From an uncultured Chloroflexia bacterium (lineage in GTDB: Bacteria > Chloroflexota > Limnocylindria > Limnocylindrales > CSP1-4): 64,000 bases of DNA. Positions 58,766 through 64,000 of this stretch are shown here, piece by piece. The notes below the pieces were generated by a model. It had not been told where the DNA came from and made no database searches. It saw only the letters and a program-made list of their open reading frames with translations. Made by a program: the position numbers and the translations under genes. How positions within the stretch are numbered: position 1 is the first letter of the stretch; every line of letters begins with the position of its first letter. The DNA lies in contig CAVQJC010000002.1 in NCBI GenBank assembly GCA_963712745.1, positions 160,001 to 224,000 on the forward strand, given 5' to 3'.

Positions 58766-59659
58766 ATGAAGACGATGCTCGGCCAAGACCCATCGCCGCC
58801 CAACGCGATCGCTCGCCACGCACCCGCCTTGATGGTGGCTGCCGTCATCGCCGGCTCGTCCATCCTGGCCCTCGGCGCGGGCGCAGCCGCACTTTCCAGG
58901 CCGGCCCCTGTGGAACCGCTGGGCGTCCCCCTCCAGGCGCAGGCGGTCCCTGGCGATCCCATCCCGCTCTCGCCGCTCACCGACCTCACGTCACTCGAGG
59001 CCACGGTCCACATCAGCGCCGATGGCACCGTGGACGGCGAGCCGACCCAGGGCGACTTGACCGTCGAGCTATCCAGCAATGACCAGAACATGAGCCAGAT
59101 CGACATCACCGGCAGCCTGCTGGGCGATGTGGTCGCCCAGGTCGGCGGCAAGGCGGTCAGCCTGTTCCGGCCGAAGAACGTCGGCATCTACACCGTGCCC
59201 GAGGGCACCTTCGCGGTAGTGACGGGACTGTTCGACGTGTGCGTAAGACTCGAGGACTCGCAGGCGACCGAGGCCCTGGAACAGCTCAGCCCCCAGTTCC
59301 TCTTGTCCGCCCTCACCAGCAGCGACGTGGCGCGCGGCACGTTCGTGGGCGACCAGACCTTGGACGGCATGCCCGTCAAGCAGTACGTCATCGACGGCGA
59401 TTCCTTCGTGGCTGCAGCGCAGGGAAGCAGCGACCCCAACGTGAGCCTCTTCGCGCAGTCGCTACTCACTGCCACGGACGCGGACCTGTACGTGGCGGCG
59501 GATGGCGGCTATCCGGTGGCCTACCGCGGCAGCTTCGGCGGCACCTTCGAGCCGCTCGAGTTCGACGGCGACCTTACCGTGGAGATCGACGTGACCGGCA
59601 TCAACAGCGATACCTCGGTGATCCTGCCCAAAGCCTGCGACAAGCCGATCTCGCTGTAG
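58766..59659 (+). CDS. Secreted protein, possible LppX/LprAFG (LolA-like) fold
   Basis: Signal/TM segment, beta-rich acidic body, GDQTLDGMPVKQY and a ...VILP ending. Confidence 0.55.
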   Translation: MKTMLGQDPSPPNAIARHAPALMVAAVIAGSSILALGAGAAALSRPAPVEPLGVPLQAQAVPGDPIPLSPLTDLTSLEATVHISADGTVDGEPTQGDLTVELSSNDQNMSQIDITGSLLGDVVAQVGGKAVSLFRPKNVGIYTVPEGTFAVVTGLFDVCVRLEDSQATEALEQLSPQFLLSALTSSDVARGTFVGDQTLDGMPVKQYVIDGDSFVAAAQGSSDPNVSLFAQSLLTATDADLYVAADGGYPVAYRGSFGGTFEPLEFDGDLTVEIDVTGINSDTSVILPKACDKPISL

Positions 59660-59763
59660 ATACGACACACCGTACGGGGCCTGAGGGGTCCTGGCACTGA
59701 TCATCCAGGGCCTGGTCCTGTTGAGCACGCTCCTCGGGACAGCTGGGTCCGTGCCTGACTTGC

Positions 59764-60171
59764 CTACTTGGCGCGGTACGTCCGGCTGCCGAAGAGGACG
59801 AGCACGCACGAGCCAGCCGAGTCCATCCTCGGGATGACCCGCACCTCGAGCTTGTGCTTGGTGGCGACATCGCCGAGAGCCATCGCCAGAGCCGGGAGGC
59901 CCCCGATGCCGCGGGCGCTCACGTCACGGACATCGGCCTCCAGGGCCGAGTGATCGCCTGCAGCTCCGAGCCACACGTCGAGCGCTCCGCTCGGTCCGAC
60001 GACACGCAGCAGCGAAGCCTTCGCCCTTTCCGTCGGCAGCGGGCTCGCCGGTCCGGCGCCGACCTCATCTCGGCTCACGTTGCGGCCGGGTCCGGGTGTC
60101 GTCCGGACGGGGGGACGCGGTCGCGGGCGTCGTCCGCGTCGCGAGCGCCATCGAGTGTCGTTCGTCGCCAT
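59764..60171 (-). CDS. Hypothetical protein
   Basis: ORF with a plausible globular C-terminal half; start uncertain. Confidence 0.45.
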   Translation of the reverse strand: MATNDTRWRSRRGRRPRPRPPVRTTPGPGRNVSRDEVGAGPASPLPTERAKASLLRVVGPSGALDVWLGAAGDHSALEADVRDVSARGIGGLPALAMALGDVATKHKLEVRVIPRMDSAGSCVLVLFGSRTYRAK

Positions 60172-60297
60172 CGGTTCACCTGACGCATCGGGGCAGGTCA
60201 CTGGTGCGGCGCAGGCCATGGGTCGTGGGGTCGCGCATGGCATACCCGCCGTGTGGATCTGGGATGGCCCGTGTTTGCCCGGACCATCCCTGTGGGG

Positions 60298-60501
60298 TCA
60301 GGCTGCGCGCACCTGGTCGGCGCGCGGGCCTTTGGGGCTCGCCTCGATCTCGAACATGACGCGTTCGCCGCCGACGAGGCGGTCGAAGTCAAGCGAGGCA
60401 TCGAGTGAGTTGCGGTGGAAGAAGTACTCCTTCGTATCCTCCGCAGCGATGAAGCCGAAGCCGCGCTCGGCGACGACCTTCTTGATGGTACCGGTGGTCA
60501 T
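60298..60501 (-). CDS. Cold shock domain protein
   Basis: RGFGFI (RNP1), YFFH (RNP2) and KGPRA; AAGGAGG RBS. Confidence 0.93.
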   Translation of the reverse strand: MTTGTIKKVVAERGFGFIAAEDTKEYFFHRNSLDASLDFDRLVGGERVMFEIEASPKGPRADQVRAA

Positions 60502-60677
60502 GGGGACCTCCTTGGCGCTTCCCGAACAGGGAGAGCAGCGCACGGTCCGTTCGAGAAGGGGTCGACCACGCGGAGCATCGCCACGACGAGACGGGCGAGC
60601 CCTAACCGTACCACGGCACGACAGCCTCCCAGTCTCCCAAGTGTCGATGAGTCAGGGAACACACGATGGGAGGCTGT

Positions 60678-61649
60678 TCACCCCAGAGCGGTCCCGAAGA
60701 ACGCATCGAGTCGTTGTTGGTACTCCGCGGGGTGAAGCCACATCGCCTGGACGTGGTCCGCACCTCCCACGATCCACGTGTCGACATCGACGGCCGCCGC
60801 TCGTGCTGCCTCGATGAGCGCGTACGCGTGGGAGACGAAGGTGGTGCGGTCCAGCTCCCCGTGCGCGATGTACAGGTGGCGCCCGCCCATGGCGGCAAGC
60901 TCGCCGAGGATCGTGTGCGACCCATAGTCGTCTCCGGACACGACACGTGCGACGAGCGTCGCGGCCGGCGCCAACAGGCGGGGTAGGCCGAGGGCGTCCA
61001 GCTCTTCGGCGAGGCGGGTCTCGACATCGGCGTAGCTGGTGTCGGCCCAGACGGCCGCGATACGGTCATCCTGACCTCCGGCGATGATGGCCGTCGCGGC
61101 ACCCATCGACGTCCCGAGCGCGCCGATGCGGCCCGGCTCGACGCCCCGGGCGATGAGCCAGTCGACGGCCGCCATGACATCGTGGAATTCCTCGGTGCCG
61201 CCCGCATGGCGCCCGTCCTCGATGCTGGACTCCCCATGGTCACGGAGGTCCAGCATCAGGACGCCGTAGCCGAGATGACTGAGCATCCCGGCCGGCAGCA
61301 GCACCTCCCGGTCGCGGACGCAGGAGCCGAGTCCGTGGATCACCACCACAGCAGCTGCATCTGCCCCATCGGGCGATGGCAGCCACCAGGCGTGAAGCTC
61401 GATCGGTGAAGCGCGACCGGGGAAGCGCACGTCGTGGTAGTCGGGCACGAAGAATGGCGTTGCGTCGAAGTCAGGGTCCGCCCACGACGGCGGTCGCCAC
61501 GACGCCGGCGTGTTCTCGCTGAAGCGGCCGCCGCAGTGAGCCTCCACGTGGGACGCGCTTCCGTACACGAAGGCTGCCGCGCCGACGTAGCCCGCGACGA
61601 CGACGATAGCCACGATGAGGATCGCCACAAGTAGCTTCGAGCGCGACAC
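60678..61649 (-). CDS. Alpha/beta hydrolase with N-terminal membrane anchor
   Basis: IHG, DLRDHGES, GTSMG, HGELD and ADH triad motifs; start approximate. Confidence 0.85.
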   Translation of the reverse strand: MSRSKLLVAILIVAIVVVAGYVGAAAFVYGSASHVEAHCGGRFSENTPASWRPPSWADPDFDATPFFVPDYHDVRFPGRASPIELHAWWLPSPDGADAAAVVVIHGLGSCVRDREVLLPAGMLSHLGYGVLMLDLRDHGESSIEDGRHAGGTEEFHDVMAAVDWLIARGVEPGRIGALGTSMGAATAIIAGGQDDRIAAVWADTSYADVETRLAEELDALGLPRLLAPAATLVARVVSGDDYGSHTILGELAAMGGRHLYIAHGELDRTTFVSHAYALIEAARAAAVDVDTWIVGGADHVQAMWLHPAEYQQRLDAFFGTALG

Positions 61650-61696
61650 TCTGACTCGATCTCCCAGCCACCATTCTCCGCGCACCCGTAGGCGGG

Positions 61697-62518
61697 TCAA
61701 GTGTCAGACGGCCCGCCAGCTTCCAGCAGGTTCGGTGTGATGGGCTGGAATGGGAGGATCGTGATGGCCGCGACCTCATCCACAGCCTTGTCTCGGTCCG
61801 TCAGGGCATGGTCGTTCGTCGCGTCGATGGGGACCGTGTACAGCGTGAGGTCCATCGGTCCGATGGTGGCGCCTGCCTCGATCTCCCGGGCCGCGACGAT
61901 GATGTCGCGGGTCGGGAACGGCTCATCCGCCTCGAGGATCGGATCGCTCATCTCGTCGACGCCGTCCCCGCCCGCGGCCTGATAGATGTCCATCCAGTCC
62001 TCCGGGAGCTCGGGCATCTCGGCCGGGATGATCGCGCCCAGGAACGTCTCGTCGCTGCTCTCGATGATGAGGTACACGGTCAGGCCCTCGTAGGCGCCCG
62101 AGCCCTCGAGGCTGACCTGCTCGGCCGCGTTGATGGCATCCTCGTCGCCGATCGAGGCCAGACGCCGGCTGGACCCGGTCCAGGCACCCGCGGCATCCTC
62201 GATGAGCCAGCTCGTCTCGACCACCGCGACGAGGGCGGGCGGGTACCAGCCGGTCCAGCCGCCGGTCGCGGTCGCCATCCCGCCGAGGCGCGGGTCGCTG
62301 CTCGTAACCCGGTAGGCGCCGACGGCCTCTACGGTCTTGAACATCAGCTCACCGAGCTGCTCGACCCGTCCCTCGGCGACCGCGGCATCGTGGACCCATG
62401 AGCCGGCGACGCGCGACGGCGCCATCGGGCCGAACAGCGGCTCGTCCTGTCCCGCGACCCCGCCGGCCTGAACGGCCAGCAGGGCCAGGCTGATGATGGC
62501 TACGCAGAACGTGCGCAT
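61697..62518 (-). CDS. Secreted protein with C-terminal SAF (CpaB/FlgA-like) domain
   Basis: Signal peptide; IIVAAREIEAGATIGPMDL...AVDEVAAITILPFQPITPNLL. Confidence 0.7.
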   Translation of the reverse strand: MRTFCVAIISLALLAVQAGGVAGQDEPLFGPMAPSRVAGSWVHDAAVAEGRVEQLGELMFKTVEAVGAYRVTSSDPRLGGMATATGGWTGWYPPALVAVVETSWLIEDAAGAWTGSSRRLASIGDEDAINAAEQVSLEGSGAYEGLTVYLIIESSDETFLGAIIPAEMPELPEDWMDIYQAAGGDGVDEMSDPILEADEPFPTRDIIVAAREIEAGATIGPMDLTLYTVPIDATNDHALTDRDKAVDEVAAITILPFQPITPNLLEAGGPSDT

Positions 62519-62808
62519 GGCGGTGCCTCCCACTACCCGCCATGGCACAGCCAAGCTTCGAAGAGTGCAAGTGACCGAGGTCACGATCCGTTTCCAGACC
62601 CGGGCACGCGCCGCGAGCCTGGCACCGTCACTTCGTCGTGAGGAGCCAGCCGATCACGGCAGGCATCGGAGTCGTGTGTCGGGCCGGCTCCGGCGGTCGG
62701 CTCTTGCAGCCAGCGCTTCGGCGAGCCGGGGCCCGGTTGCCGTGGGCCACAGCTGGCGCCTGCCGACCGCTCCCGCGTCGGTCTGCTCGCGACCCATCGG
62801 GGAGCCGG

Positions 62809-63066
62809 CTAGCGGCGCGGTGGTTTCGTGCCCTGGACGGGACCCTTCGGTGTCACCGTGGGGGCCTGGGTGTGCAGCCCGAACCGGATCGCCTGGTCCG
62901 GCCACTCCGGATCGTCCGGTGTCCAGCGGTGCATCTTGGAGCCATGGTCGTCGATGTGGTCGATCGAGCCGTCGGCTCCGAGGACGAGCCTGCCGCCGTC
63001 CGCGAGCTCGAGCGCATGGGGCTTGAAGCGGCGGCCTCCGGTGGCGGGGGGACCGGACATCGCCAT
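62809..63066 (-). CDS. Hypothetical protein
   Basis: AAAGGAGAG RBS; 85-aa ORF. Confidence 0.6.
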   Translation of the reverse strand: MAMSGPPATGGRRFKPHALELADGGRLVLGADGSIDHIDDHGSKMHRWTPDDPEWPDQAIRFGLHTQAPTVTPKGPVQGTKPPRR

Positions 63067-63490
63067 CTCTCCTTTCCCAGTGTGGCCGTGGAGTCGCGAC
63101 CTCACGCTTCTACTCAGAGCCGTGTGGACACGGCCGGCGAGAGTAGGACCCGGTGCCCCGGTGAGGTCCGGCGATGTGGAACTGCGATCGGCAGCGCCTC
63201 GCCGGTTTCGTCCGGCGCGCCGGGTCTTCCCCATTGTGACCCAGAGGGCGGCCGTTGGCGAGAGGGCGCGTCGTTCTCTGGCCTCGCATCTGGTGGCGTA
63301 CCTCAAGGACGGCACGTCAGACCCCCACCAGGTCGTACCGGCACTCGGAGGCGGTGGCAGCCGGTGAACGGTGAGTCCAAGGACGTGGGCGAGCGCGCGG
63401 GACGCGCAGAAGGTGCGCCGTCCGACCGCGGGCTCCTCGCGCGTCCATCGCACGGACGGCTACCACTCAGGTGGGGCCGCGGAGCTCCCT

Positions 63491-63574
63491 CTAGCGCTTC
63501 TTCTTGTCCCCCGGCTTCGGGCCGCCCTTGGGCTTCTTGCCGCTGCTCTTGCTACCTGGTCCCTTGTCGCCCAC
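63491..63574 (-). CDS. Small Lys/Gly-rich peptide (27 aa)
   Basis: GGAGGTG RBS, GTG start, MGDKGPGSKSSGKKPKGGPKPGDKKKR*. Confidence 0.55.
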   Translation of the reverse strand: MGDKGPGSKSSGKKPKGGPKPGDKKKR

Positions 63575-63660
63575 GAGACACCTCCGTTATTGGTCAAGGC
63601 ATTGTCGAGCCCATTCTGACGCGGTCTGTCGAGTCGGTGCCAGTCCTGCTCACCGCCACC

Positions 63661-64000
63661 TCAGCAGGTGACATGGAGGATGGCCGAGACGTCTTCGCGG
63701 TTGGCTGAGCGCAGCCGCTCGCACGCCTCCGCGGTCGGTTCGGCGACGACCTCGACCCCGCGCCTGCGTGCCTCCTCGTACAGCTCGGGCATGATCGGCA
63801 GCTGACCTGAGGCGCCCGTCCCGATGATCAGGACGGACCCTGACCACGGGATGGCCTCATCGATAGAGAGCGGTGTGTGGCCGTAGCGGTTCCGGTGGGC
63901 TTTCGAGGGTCCCTTCTTGCGCTTCCGGATGACGCCTTGTTCGAGCACCACGTCGTACTCGTAGCGCTGACCATCGATCTCGATCAGACCGAACGAGACG
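63661..64000 (-). CDS. Mth938/DUF498-like protein, 5'-truncated by the window edge
   Basis: FGLIEIDGQRYEYDVV...LIIGTGASG...T.EA...ILHVTC. Confidence 0.8.
   Translation of the reverse strand, partial: VSFGLIEIDGQRYEYDVVLEQGVIRKRKKGPSKAHRNRYGHTPLSIDEAIPWSGSVLIIGTGASGQLPIMPELYEEARRRGVEVVAEPTAEACERLRSANREDVSAILHVTC

Noticed and set aside
1-64000. tRNA, rRNA, tmRNA, RNase P or SRP RNA genes
   Set aside because: No conserved signatures were found by eye in the intergenic regions; covariance-model searches were not possible.

Overview
High-GC bacterial chromosomal window with no rRNA, tRNA, CRISPR array or intact mobile element detected. The gene style (sugar-binding proteins without a lipobox, CxxC-x17-CxxC zinc ribbon, LigC/Prim-Pol, many leaderless genes) suggests Chloroflexota or an actinobacterium-like lineage; this is inference only. 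From left to right it holds: the end of a TPP-enzyme/citryl-CoA-lyase-like/cupin/LLM catabolic cluster; a hidden Phd antitoxin remnant; meaB, a B12-binding domain gene, folE, tatA and trxA; an L-arabinose locus (ABC transporter, secreted mutarotase, LacI, araB, araA, araD) with paired 14-bp-spaced operators and a nested 55/194-bp tandem repeat; a DnaJ-domain gene and ligC; a Q/Y-rich membrane protein; split arsenic genes sharing a 47-bp upstream motif; a Prim-Pol gene read in frame with ppa; a second sugar ABC operon; a HerA-like ATPase next to an orphan CpaF/TadA ATPase fused to a degenerate RidA-like domain; a BlaI/BlaR1-like pair divergent from a Ca-binding repeat protein; and many small accessory genes. 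Frameshifts cluster in a few blocks (about 10.6-16.5, 19.1, 35.8-36.5 and 39.7-43.4 kb), so gene ends and apparent fusions there are uncertain. The best candidate for an undescribed system is the CpaF-RidA fusion with its HerA neighbour.
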